In this document: positions 1-8,440 of the stretch, one piece after another
How the letters are laid out: each line of letters begins with the position of its first letter
Position numbering within the stretch: the first letter of the stretch is position 1
DNA from: Vulcanimicrobiota bacterium
GTDB taxonomy: Bacteria > Vulcanimicrobiota > Vulcanimicrobiia > Vulcanimicrobiales > Vulcanimicrobiaceae
Length of the DNA stretch: 19,442 nucleotides
Assembly: GCA_003135555.1 (NCBI GenBank)
Contig: PLCF01000014.1
Span: 76,337-95,778 of the forward strand
Reading direction: 5' to 3'
Made by a program: the position numbers and the translations under genes
The notes under the pieces: generated by a model
What the model was told of the DNA's origin: nothing
Seen by the model: only the letters and a program-made list of their open reading frames with translations
Database searches by the model: none

Positions 1-69
1 GGCGTGCTGCCGGCGCGCATCCCGCTGCTCGGTGTCGGGATCCGCGGCCGCAGGGAAGAGATCGTCTAG
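1..69 (+). CDS. 3' end of an unidentified gene entering from the left edge
   Basis: Frame 1 is open from base 1 (GVLPARIPLLGVGIRGRREEIV) with GC-rich third positions and ends at TAG 67-69, 1 nt from the stop of the convergent minus-strand ORF. Confidence 0.4.
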   Translation, partial: GVLPARIPLLGVGIRGRREEIV

Positions 70-70
70 G

Positions 71-247
71 TCAGAGCTTGAGGTTGAGGGAGTTCTCCGC
101 GGGCCACACGTGACCGAATCCGGCCTGCGACAGCACCAGCGCCGCGATGACGAAGATCAGGATCACGCCCGCGACGCCGGACCACTTCACGATCGAAGGA
201 ATCCCCGAACTGATCGGCACGCCACGATCATCGAGTGGGTCGTACAC
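71..247 (-). CDS. Small (58 aa) single-TM membrane protein, last gene of the oxidase operon
   Basis: Start re-called to GTG at 247, which overlaps the upstream TAG (TAGTG) and follows a strong SD (GAGGAGGAG). Product MYDPLDDRGVPISSGIPSIVKWSGVAGVILIFVIAALVLSQAGFGHVWPAENSLNLKL has one hydrophobic helix. Confidence 0.7.
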   Translation of the reverse strand: MYDPLDDRGVPISSGIPSIVKWSGVAGVILIFVIAALVLSQAGFGHVWPAENSLNLKL

Positions 248-456
248 TATGCTCCTCCTCCGCGGGGTAGGATGCCGAATGCTGCCAGCAGGACGAGGAT
301 GCAGCCGAATGCCATCAGGCCGAGCAGCAGCTTGGTGACGTGATCGTCGAGGCCGGTCTTGTTCCACTCGCCCTTGAGCGAGATGACGGCGAACACGCCG
401 ACGACCACCGCCCCGACCAGCGCTACTATCTTCTCGATCCCAGCTAATGATTCCAT
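247..456 (-). CDS. Small (69 aa) two-TM protein, candidate cytochrome c oxidase subunit IV-like
   Basis: ATG lies 9 nt after the coxC stop. Two hydrophobic segments: IVALVGAVVVGVFAVISL and LLLGLMAFGCILVLLAAFGIL. Confidence 0.7.
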   Translation of the reverse strand: MESLAGIEKIVALVGAVVVGVFAVISLKGEWNKTGLDDHVTKLLLGLMAFGCILVLLAAFGILPRGGGA

Positions 457-465
457 GTTAACGGC

Positions 466-1110
466 TCACCATAAGTAGAACAGGAAGAAGAGTACGACCC
501 AGATGACGTCGACGAAGTGCCAGTACAGCGTGCCGGCGGTGAGGCCGAAGAAGCGATGATCGTCGTACACGCCGCGGCTCGTCTGGATCCATAGCGCGAT
601 CAGGAACCACACCCCGATGAAGACGTGCAGCCCGTGCATCCCGGTCAGGGTGAAGAACGACGCGCCGAACGTGTTGCCGCTCCAGCCGCCGATCCGCGCG
701 TGCGCGTACTCGTACGCCTGGCCGCCGAGGAAGCCCGCGCCCAACAGGATCGTGAGCGCCATGAAGAGGTTGAACCGGCGCTTGAGCGCGTGCTTCCACG
801 CTTCCAGCGCGTAGTGCATCGTCACGCCGGAGCCGAACAGCACGACCGAGTTGACCGCCGCGAACGCGGTGTCGAGCCGCGGGAGCTGGTGGCCGTCGAC
901 CATCGGCGGCCAGACCGGAGCGATGCTGGTGCGCAGATAGACGTACGCGAAGATGAACGCCGAGAACAGGACGACGTCGGTACCCAGGAACAGCACGAAC
1001 CCGGTGAGACGCATGTCGCGCGTCTCCCGGTAGATCACCTCGTCGTGGTTCGCATCGTGCTCGTCGTGATGCCCGAGGTGGTAGCCTTGTTTGGCGACTG
1101 AGACCGCCAT
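466..1110 (-). CDS. ctaE: Cytochrome c oxidase subunit III
   Basis: Motifs FFTLTGMHGLHV and YWHFVDVIW; directly downstream of subunit I; His-rich N-terminus. Confidence 0.95.
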   Translation of the reverse strand: MAVSVAKQGYHLGHHDEHDANHDEVIYRETRDMRLTGFVLFLGTDVVLFSAFIFAYVYLRTSIAPVWPPMVDGHQLPRLDTAFAAVNSVVLFGSGVTMHYALEAWKHALKRRFNLFMALTILLGAGFLGGQAYEYAHARIGGWSGNTFGASFFTLTGMHGLHVFIGVWFLIALWIQTSRGVYDDHRFFGLTAGTLYWHFVDVIWVVLFFLFYLW

Positions 1111-1126
1111 GGTGGTGTCGTCGCTC

Positions 1127-2833
1127 CTAATGTGTCGGCACGGGGTGCGAGCTGTGCGTCGGCGTGGCTTCCACGGCTCCGTCGGCTGCGTCGAGCCCGA
1201 TGTACGGCAGCGGGTTGCCGAAATCGTACGGTGCCGCCAGCACGGCCGGGATCTTCTTGAAGTTGTAGTACGGCGGCGGCGAAGCGATCATCCACTCCAG
1301 CGTGCGCGCGCCCCAGGGGTTGGGTCCCGCCTTCTTCCCGTTGCGGAAGCTGTCGACCAGGATGTAGAAGAACAGCAGCGTCCCGAGCGCCATCACGTAG
1401 GAGCTGACCGACGCAAAGACGTTCCAGAACTGGTAGGACGGATCGTAGTTCGGAACGCGCCGCGGCATCCCCAGCAGCCCCAGCCAGTGCAACGGCGTGA
1501 ACGTGCAGTTGAAGCCGATGAAGACCATCCAGAACTGGATGCGTCCCAGCGTCTCGTTGTACATCCTCCCGCTCATCTTCGGCCACCAGTAGTACGCGCC
1601 GGCGAACAACGACATGATCGAGCCGCCGTAGAGCACGTAGTGGAGGTGCGCCACCACGAAGTAGGTCCCGTGCTCGTGGTAGTCGAGCGGGACCGCGGCA
1701 AGGAAGAAGCCGGTCAGGCCGCCGTAAGTGAACGTGATGATGAAGCCGGCGGCGTAGAGCGCCGGGGTCTTCCAGCGGATCGCCCCTCCCCACAGCGTCG
1801 CCATCCACGAGAATATCTTCACCCCGGTCGGAATCGCGATCAGCATCGTGATGATCATGAACGGCAGTTGCAGCCACGGTACCATCCCCGAGGTGAACAT
1901 GTGGTGCGCCCAGACCGAGAAGCTCAGCAGCGCGATCGCGACCGAGCTGAAGGCGATCATCTTGTAGCCGAAGATCGGCTTGCGGGCGAAGGTCGGCAGC
2001 ACTTCGGAGATGATCCCGAACCCGGGGATGATCATGATGTAGACGGCGGGGTGCGAGTAGAACCAGAACATGTGCTGCCACAGCAGCGGCGAGCCGCCGC
2101 GTTTGGGGTCGTAGAACGGGACGCCGAACACGCGCTCGATGAACAGTGCGGCCAGCGCGCCGCCCAGTGCCGTGGTTGCGATGAACGACAGCGGCGTGGT
2201 CGCGAATTGCGCCCACACAAAGAGCGGCATGCGGGTCAAGGTCATCCCCGGCGCGCGCATCTTGAGGATCGTGACGAGGAAGTTGATCCCCGTCATCGTC
2301 GAGCTGATCCCGATCATGAAGACCGCGATGCACCACAGGTTCGTCCCGGGCGGGCCCATGAGCGAGATCGGCGGGTACTCGGTCCAACCGGCGTCCGGGG
2401 CTCCGACGAGGAACGAGCTGAAGAGGATCACCCCGGCGACGGGAAAGATCCAGAACGCGACGAGGTTGAGCCAGGGAAACGCGACGTCGCGCGCCCCGAT
2501 CTGCAACGGCATGACGAAGTTTCCGAACGCCCCGGTCAGCAGCGGGATGACGACGAACCAGACCATCGACGAGCCGTGCATCGAGTAGATCGAGTTGTAC
2601 GTATCGGGGCGGACGAGCAGGCCGTTCGGCGTGAGCAGCTGCGTGCGGATGATCTCCGCCAGCAGCCCCGAGATGATGAAGAACACCGCACCCGTGATCA
2701 TGTACTGGATCCCGATGATCTTGTGATCGATCGAGAAGATGTACTTGCGGATGAAGCTCGTCGGCTCGGGATGGATGTGATCGAGCACCGCGTGGTACGG
2801 TCCGGTCTGCACACCTGGGGCGAGCGTAGCCAT
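1127..2833 (-). CDS. ctaD: Cytochrome c oxidase subunit I, heme-copper oxidase type A2
   Basis: Motifs DHKIIG (D-channel Asp), MHG, FWFYSHPAVY (YS motif diagnostic of A2), WAHHM, PTGVK (K-channel), VAHLHY and GMPRR. Confidence 0.97.
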   Translation of the reverse strand: MATLAPGVQTGPYHAVLDHIHPEPTSFIRKYIFSIDHKIIGIQYMITGAVFFIISGLLAEIIRTQLLTPNGLLVRPDTYNSIYSMHGSSMVWFVVIPLLTGAFGNFVMPLQIGARDVAFPWLNLVAFWIFPVAGVILFSSFLVGAPDAGWTEYPPISLMGPPGTNLWCIAVFMIGISSTMTGINFLVTILKMRAPGMTLTRMPLFVWAQFATTPLSFIATTALGGALAALFIERVFGVPFYDPKRGGSPLLWQHMFWFYSHPAVYIMIIPGFGIISEVLPTFARKPIFGYKMIAFSSVAIALLSFSVWAHHMFTSGMVPWLQLPFMIITMLIAIPTGVKIFSWMATLWGGAIRWKTPALYAAGFIITFTYGGLTGFFLAAVPLDYHEHGTYFVVAHLHYVLYGGSIMSLFAGAYYWWPKMSGRMYNETLGRIQFWMVFIGFNCTFTPLHWLGLLGMPRRVPNYDPSYQFWNVFASVSSYVMALGTLLFFYILVDSFRNGKKAGPNPWGARTLEWMIASPPPYYNFKKIPAVLAAPYDFGNPLPYIGLDAADGAVEATPTHSSHPVPTH

Positions 2834-2850
2834 AGGTCCGATCGTCTCCG

Positions 2851-3927
2851 TTACTTCTTCGAAAGGCCGACGAGGTAGGCGACCAAGTTTGCGATGTCGG
2901 CGTTGGACAGCGCATTGACCTGAGCGCTGGGCATGACCCCCATGTCACCCTGGAAGCCGTCGTGGATGAGCCTTGCGACGTCTTGCGGCGTCACGTCCGT
3001 TCCGTTGACCAACTTGGGATGCGCGGGATCGTTGAAGAGCTTGCCCAGCCCCGGACCGACTTGCTTCTGCTCGAAGGCGCCGACGGAATGGCAGGCTGAA
3101 CACTTCTCGCCGAACAGCTTCTGCCCGGCGTCGGCTTTGCCCGCCGAGATCGCGATCCCGCCGCCGGTACGGCCCTGCGTGCCGCCCTGTTTGGAAAACC
3201 ACCGGGCGAAGTCTTGCTGGTTCTGCACGACGACTTTGCCGATCATCCGCCCGTGCGCGGCACCGCAGAACTCGCTGCAGATGATCCGGAACTCGCCGAC
3301 CGCGTTGGGCGTGATGCGGATCGTGTTCACCAGGCCGGGCACCATGTCGGCCTTCTGCCGAAACTCCGGCAGCCAGAAGCCGTGCAGCACGTCGCGCGAG
3401 GTGATGTGGATCGTCGTGGGCTCGTTGAGCTGCAAGTGCAACTCGTTCACGACCGGCTCTTTGAGCTTCGGATAGCGGAACGCAAAACCGAATTGGTAGC
3501 CGATCGCCTCGACGGTGAGCACGTCGCCCTGGGTGTTCTGCAAGTCGACCCAGATCTTGGTGGAATAGATGGCCAGGATGACCACCAGGATGGTGGGGAT
3601 CGCCGTCCACCAGAACTCGAGCACCGGCGCGTCGTGGATCTGGACCCCGATCGTGTTGGGCGGCGCGTTCTTCGGCATGCGGAACACGATGCCGAAGTAG
3701 ACCGTGTAGATCACCACCGCATTGAAGATGGCGGCGGCGACCACGCCCAGGAACCGGAACAGCGCATCGATCGATCCCGCCGGGTCGCCGGCGGCCTTGA
3801 GGCCGATCGGCTCCGCGCTGGTCTCGATGAAGTAGGCCATGACGAGCGAGAGGACCACGATGAACGCGGTGACCGGCCAGAATCCTGGACCGAGGTTCGT
3901 CTTGGGCTTGACGAGGCGCTGTGCCAA
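2851..3927 (-). CDS. ctaC: Cytochrome c oxidase subunit II with C-terminal cytochrome c domain (caa3-type)
   Basis: TTG start with AGAGG SD; LEFWWTAIP; CuA ligands DVLHGFW...CSEFCGAAHGRM; Gly-rich linker followed by a CSACH heme-binding motif and a candidate distal Met (MGVMP). Confidence 0.95.
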   Translation of the reverse strand: MAQRLVKPKTNLGPGFWPVTAFIVVLSLVMAYFIETSAEPIGLKAAGDPAGSIDALFRFLGVVAAAIFNAVVIYTVYFGIVFRMPKNAPPNTIGVQIHDAPVLEFWWTAIPTILVVILAIYSTKIWVDLQNTQGDVLTVEAIGYQFGFAFRYPKLKEPVVNELHLQLNEPTTIHITSRDVLHGFWLPEFRQKADMVPGLVNTIRITPNAVGEFRIICSEFCGAAHGRMIGKVVVQNQQDFARWFSKQGGTQGRTGGGIAISAGKADAGQKLFGEKCSACHSVGAFEQKQVGPGLGKLFNDPAHPKLVNGTDVTPQDVARLIHDGFQGDMGVMPSAQVNALSNADIANLVAYLVGLSKK

Positions 3928-4071
3928 CTGATCCTCTCTACCCGGAGCGGGTGCGGCTATCGAAGCGCCGCCTTCTCCTGGAAGGGTCGCGACAACTTCC
4001 TAAGTATCGCGATCACGTCGGCCTGCGCCCAAGACTTCTCTCGGAACGCGCGCTCGGTCGCTTGACCCCGG

Positions 4072-6468
4072 TCACTTGAGCCGGCCCGACCGCACGCTGT
4101 AGAGCAGCGTGTACGTGCGCGGCGGGAGCAGATTCGGTACCGGGACGTACGTCCCGCCGCCCCGCAGCGCGAGCGGCTGCGCGAACTCCCGTGTCGCGAA
4201 CAGCCCGGTGTCGGCGTTGAACAGGTTGTTGGCGAACAGCGAGAGCCTGCCGCGCGGCGCGGTCCAGGTCACCCCTGCCGCGACCGCGACGTACGAGCTC
4301 AGCGCGTTTTGGTTGTTGGCCGAGGTCCAGGTGCCGTTGACGACCCACTCCAGCGCGGCTTTGGGCTGCTGTGCGTCCAGCAGCAGGGCGGCCTTGTGCA
4401 GCGGCCGGTACGGCAGCTGCGCGCCGAGCCCGAAGATGCTCCCGGGGAAGAGCAGCCGCGGGTCGCTCGAGGCCAGGGTCGCACCGCTGATCGAGTAGCT
4501 CGGCAAAGCGATCACGGATCGGCCGAGCACGATCTGACCCGAGGCGTCGACGCCGCGGTAGCGGACCGTGACGCCGGAGATTTGCTCGGTGACGTACACC
4601 CGGCCCGGGTCGAAGGCTTGCGCGCCGCAGATCGCCGGCTGCTGCCAGAACGTCGCGATTTGGGCCAGGTATCCGGGCGGCAGGGCACCCGGCGCCAGCG
4701 CCGACAACGGGAACTGCGCCCCGATCGACCCGCCCCGGTCAGTGTAGTCGTAGGCCCGTATGCGCACCGTACCGCGCCGGCCGCGGCGGCTGTAGCTGAT
4801 CGCCGCCGAGCTCTGCGACCCGGTGGCCGGCGGATCGGCCGGACCGTCGACGCGCACTTCCTGCGCCGAACAGTCGTACGTCCCGCGCGCCGGGTCGCCG
4901 AAGAGGCCGAAGAAGACGTTGTTCGAGCCGTTGCCGTAGTTGCCGATGTCGAACGACAGCGTCTCTTGACGCGACGGGGTGAGCGTGACGTTGAGGTCGG
5001 CGGCGCTGCGGTTCTGCGACAAGCTGACGTTGCTGCCGTAGCCGACGGTCGCGCTCCAGCGGTCGGAAAACTTCAGCGTGTCGGCGATGACCGTGTAGCC
5101 GTAGCGGCTGGTGCTGGGCGAGACGCCGCCGAACCGCCCCGTCACGATCGACTGCCCGTGCCCGTTGAACGTCCCGACGTTGGCGATGAGCGTGTGCCGG
5201 TGCAATCCCAGCGTCGCATACGTGAAGATCCCCGCGCCGCCGCCCGAGGAGTCGGCGCGGTACGGCGACGGAATCCCCGCCACCACCCGGGCCAGCTCGT
5301 TGTCGACGCTGTTGAACGTGTTCGCGAAGCCGTTCGCCGACACGATGACGTTGCCGATCTGGCCTTGCATCCCGAAGGTTCCCTGATGCGACGCGACGCG
5401 AATCGACGCATCGGGGCCGTAGCCGCAGGGCAGCGCCGTGGTGAACTGATCGCACAACGGTGAGGACCGGCTCGTCCCCGCGAGATACCCGGCGTTGAGG
5501 GTGATGCGCCCGAGGTTGTAGCGCAATTTCATGAAGTCGCCGGTGCGGTCGTAGGCGCCGTCGTGGACGTACGTTTGACCGCTCGTGTCCTCGAAGCGCA
5601 GCCCGGTCAGGATGCTGTCGCCGCCGCGCACCGCATGCTGCAGCGCGATGCCGAGCTTGTGGTAGCCGCCGCTCAGCGAGACCTGCGCGCTGCTGCGCTC
5701 GTATCCGCCGTAGGAGGCCGAGAGCTGCGACTGCCAGGTCTTGGTCGGCTCGAGCGTGCGGAAGTTCACCGCCCCGCCCACGCCGCCGAATCCGAAGCCG
5801 CTGTCGGTGCTGACGCCGGTGGACAGATCGGCGGCGACGGACTGCAGGGCGCCGGCCGCGCCGCCCAAGAGCGGCACGCCGCCCGCGCTGGCGATCGTGT
5901 TCGAAGCGTTGCGCAACGAGATCGACAGCGTCCCCATCTGCTGATCTTGGCTGACCGAGATGCCGGCGATCTTGTCGAGCGCATCGGCGAGGTTTTCGGA
6001 GATGCGGCGGATCGGGTTGCCTTCGTCGACGTCGACGCTGCTCACCGAGGCCGGCGGCCGCGCCTGCACGCGCCCGATCTCGACGAGCGTACTCGGAGCC
6101 GCGCTGGGGCCCGGCGCGGCCGGCGTCTTGGCCCCGGCCCGCTGCAAGACGATGTCGACGATCTTGCGCCGCCCGGCGAGCGCCTCCACCTCGTCGACAT
6201 CGACGCCGAGGTAGCCGTTGAGCGCGAGTCGCAGCCGGTAGAGTCCCGGCTCGACGTCGGTGAACCGCAGTTTACCGTCGCTGGGGGTCAGCGCCGTCGC
6301 GTTGAGCGGGCCGCTGATGTAGACGCGCACGTTGGACAGCGCCTTGCCGGCGGCGTCGACGACGCGCACTTCGATCTCGGCGGGCGCGGTCTGCGCGCGC
6401 GCGATCGAGGGCACGGCGAAGCAGAGGAGCGCGGCCGCCAAGGCCGCCACGTAGGACCGTGCACCCAT
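4072..6468 (-). CDS. TonB-dependent receptor-like outer-membrane protein with N-terminal carboxypeptidase-regulatory-like domain
   Basis: Signal peptide (ARA-Q); VRVVDAAGKALSNVRV...DGKLRFTDVEPGLYRL beta-sandwich; plug-like LADALDKIAGISV...GGAVNFRT; alternating amphipathic strands; C-terminal ANNLFN...PRTYTLLYSVR. Confidence 0.75.
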   Translation of the reverse strand: MGARSYVAALAAALLCFAVPSIARAQTAPAEIEVRVVDAAGKALSNVRVYISGPLNATALTPSDGKLRFTDVEPGLYRLRLALNGYLGVDVDEVEALAGRRKIVDIVLQRAGAKTPAAPGPSAAPSTLVEIGRVQARPPASVSSVDVDEGNPIRRISENLADALDKIAGISVSQDQQMGTLSISLRNASNTIASAGGVPLLGGAAGALQSVAADLSTGVSTDSGFGFGGVGGAVNFRTLEPTKTWQSQLSASYGGYERSSAQVSLSGGYHKLGIALQHAVRGGDSILTGLRFEDTSGQTYVHDGAYDRTGDFMKLRYNLGRITLNAGYLAGTSRSSPLCDQFTTALPCGYGPDASIRVASHQGTFGMQGQIGNVIVSANGFANTFNSVDNELARVVAGIPSPYRADSSGGGAGIFTYATLGLHRHTLIANVGTFNGHGQSIVTGRFGGVSPSTSRYGYTVIADTLKFSDRWSATVGYGSNVSLSQNRSAADLNVTLTPSRQETLSFDIGNYGNGSNNVFFGLFGDPARGTYDCSAQEVRVDGPADPPATGSQSSAAISYSRRGRRGTVRIRAYDYTDRGGSIGAQFPLSALAPGALPPGYLAQIATFWQQPAICGAQAFDPGRVYVTEQISGVTVRYRGVDASGQIVLGRSVIALPSYSISGATLASSDPRLLFPGSIFGLGAQLPYRPLHKAALLLDAQQPKAALEWVVNGTWTSANNQNALSSYVAVAAGVTWTAPRGRLSLFANNLFNADTGLFATREFAQPLALRGGGTYVPVPNLLPPRTYTLLYSVRSGRLK

Positions 6469-6516
6469 CCCGCCAGGGTTCGTGCCGCCGGGCGGCGGGC
6501 CTGTGCGCTTCGCGCC

Positions 6517-7197
6517 CTACCGTACCTTCGGCGTCGCGGCGACGAAGCGGCGTACGAGCGCGTCGACGTTGGCGATCGCGGTGCCGACGACCACGGCGTC
6601 GGCGCCGGCGGCGAACGCGGCACGCACGTCGTCGGGCGAGCTGACGCCGCCTTCGCACACGGCGAAGGTACCGCTCGCGGCGCACGCTCGCACGAGCTTC
6701 AGCGCCGGCAACGACTCGCCGCGCGTGGCCGCGGTGTACCCGCACAACGTCGTCGCGACGATGTCGGCGCCGGCAGTCGCTGCACGGCGCACGTCCTCGA
6801 CGGTCGCGCAGTCGGCCATCGCCAGGCGCCGGTGCGCGTGAATCGCCGCCACGACGGCGCCGACATCGCGGCCGTCGGGTCGCGCGCGACCGGTCGCATC
6901 GAAGGCGACGATCTCGGCTCGGGCGGCGACCACCTCGGCGATCTCGCGCTCGCTCGGCGTGATGTACGGCTCGAAGCCCGCGTAGGTGCGCTTGACGATC
7001 CCGACGATCGGCGTCGCGACGGCGCGGCGCGCGGCACCCAGGCGGGCCGAACCTTCCACCCGCACGCCGGCGGCGCCGCCGGCGACCGCCACCCGGCACA
7101 GCAGCGCGATCGCTTCGGGCGCCTCGAGCACCGAACCGGCGTCGGCTTGCACCGAAACGATCAAGCCGCCGCGCAGCGCATCGAGCACGGGCGTCAT
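6517..7197 (-). CDS. nanE: N-acetylmannosamine-6-phosphate 2-epimerase
   Basis: Start re-called to ATG 7197 (ATGA overlap with the upstream stop). Motifs GLIVSVQA, PIVGIVKR, YITP, MADC, TTLCGYT, EGG and VVVGTAI. Confidence 0.92.
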   Translation of the reverse strand: MTPVLDALRGGLIVSVQADAGSVLEAPEAIALLCRVAVAGGAAGVRVEGSARLGAARRAVATPIVGIVKRTYAGFEPYITPSEREIAEVVAARAEIVAFDATGRARPDGRDVGAVVAAIHAHRRLAMADCATVEDVRRAATAGADIVATTLCGYTAATRGESLPALKLVRACAASGTFAVCEGGVSSPDDVRAAFAAGADAVVVGTAIANVDALVRRFVAATPKVR

Positions 7198-8135
7198 CCT
7201 TCGACGACGCGGTCCGGCACGGGGAGATCGGCGGCGGCGAAGGCCAGGAGCGCCGCGCCGACCGCGGCGTCGTAGCGCGGGCGCACCGCCGGCGCCTGGG
7301 GCGCCACGACGCCGAGCTGCTCGCGCGTGCGCGCGAAAAACGCGTCGTTGCGAAACGCGCCGCCGCACAGCGCGATGGGGACGGAGCGCCCCGCCAGTTT
7401 CAGCCGGGCGATCGCGACGCCGGCCAGTTCGGCGAGCGCGCCCGCGGCCGCGGCGACGATCGCGGACGCGTCGGGATCGCCCAACCGGGCCGCGTCGTGA
7501 ACCACCCGCGCGAACGCCGCCAGCTCGCCCCGCGTGACGCGACCGAGCTGCGCCGCGGTCGCAAGATCGCGCAGATCGCGGCGGTCGAAGTACGCCAGGG
7601 CGGCGTCGCCGAGCGGGCTGCGCGCCCCGCGATCGTCGGCCGCCATCGCGGATGCGAGCGCGTCCCGCGCGACCGCGAACCCGCTCCCCTCGTCGCCGAA
7701 CAAAAAGCCCCAGCCGCCGACGCGCACCGACGCTCCCGCGCCGTCCTCACCGTACGCAACCGAACCGGTTCCGGCGATGACCGCGATCGCGGGACGCGCA
7801 TGCACCGCGCCGGCGAGCGCGATCGGCGCATCATGCGCCAAGCGTACGTGCGCGCTCGCGAAGACCGGCGGCGCGCCGTCGAAATCGTCGTCGTAGCCCG
7901 ATAGCCCGACGTGCACCGCCTCGAGCGGCGTATCGCGCACCAAGCCGGCGGCCTCGAGCGCAGCGCCCAGCGCCACGGCGCACGCATCGGCGCACTTGCG
8001 CGAACCGGGCGGCTCGTCGACGTGATCCGCCGGACCCGCCGTACCACGCCCGAGCACGACGCCGTCCGCATCGACCACCACCGCGGTCGTCGACGATTGC
8101 CCCGCATCGATCCCCGCCACGTAGCGCATTCTCAT
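7194..8135 (-). CDS. BadF/BadG/BcrA/BcrD-family (N-acetylglucosamine kinase-like) sugar kinase
   Basis: Motifs GIDAGQSST, HDA, IAGTGSVAYG and RVGGWGFLFGDEGSG; adjacent to nanE. Confidence 0.9.
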   Translation of the reverse strand: MRMRYVAGIDAGQSSTTAVVVDADGVVLGRGTAGPADHVDEPPGSRKCADACAVALGAALEAAGLVRDTPLEAVHVGLSGYDDDFDGAPPVFASAHVRLAHDAPIALAGAVHARPAIAVIAGTGSVAYGEDGAGASVRVGGWGFLFGDEGSGFAVARDALASAMAADDRGARSPLGDAALAYFDRRDLRDLATAAQLGRVTRGELAAFARVVHDAARLGDPDASAIVAAAAGALAELAGVAIARLKLAGRSVPIALCGGAFRNDAFFARTREQLGVVAPQAPAVRPRYDAAVGAALLAFAAADLPVPDRVVEG

Positions 8136-8407
8136 GGCGCACTCAGGAGCATGTCGGCATACGCGTCGGCGGCGCGCTCGCGCGCGGCGTGGTTCGCGAT
8201 CCGCGGCACCTCGCCGATCGCTTCGCGGTGATGGTAGAGCTCGTGCGCGATCGCCCGCTCGACGTCGCCCGCGACGCGCTCGTCGACGCGAATCGTCGGT
8301 CCGGCCGGATCGTACTCGGCGACGAGCCGCGCCGTACCCCAGTCGCCGAGATCGGCGCGTTCGATGCGCAGCCCGTACGCGGCGGCGAGTGCGCGGACGT
8401 CAGGCAT
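8132..8407 (-). CDS. Minimal ImmA/IrrE-like HExxH zinc metallopeptidase domain (91 aa)
   Basis: RAIAHELYH followed by ERAADAYADMLL (third-ligand Glu pattern E-x2-A-x2-aromatic-A-x2-LL). ATG 8407 is preferred over the TTG at 8425, which lies inside a repeat. ATGA overlap with the kinase gene. Confidence 0.7.
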   Translation of the reverse strand: MPDVRALAAAYGLRIERADLGDWGTARLVAEYDPAGPTIRVDERVAGDVERAIAHELYHHREAIGEVPRIANHAARERAADAYADMLLSAP

Positions 8408-8440
8408 CCTTCGACCCTTCGACAAGCTCAGGGCTCAGGA
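8407..8440. repeat. Nested REP-like imperfect palindrome (CCTTCGAC)2-AA-(GCTCAGG)2
   Basis: TCCTTCGAC CCTTCGACAAGCTCAGG GCTCAGGA read directly. The inner unit matches a widespread small intergenic repeat, CCTTCGACAAGCTCAGG, recalled from other genomes. Confidence 0.7.

Noticed and set aside
1035..2948. Long alternative-frame and antisense ORFs over ctaD (637 aa, 595 aa), and similar ones at 5563-7275, 10209-12179 and 12724-14445
   Set aside because: Arg/Ala/Pro-rich shadow ORFs are expected in high-GC coding DNA. They have no motifs and largely overlap well-supported genes.
3928..4071. Possible cox promoter (TTGGGC-18-GATACT) or structured RNA in the intergenic region
   Set aside because: Weak match to consensus and only a short GC hairpin; no recognisable riboswitch or regulator box.
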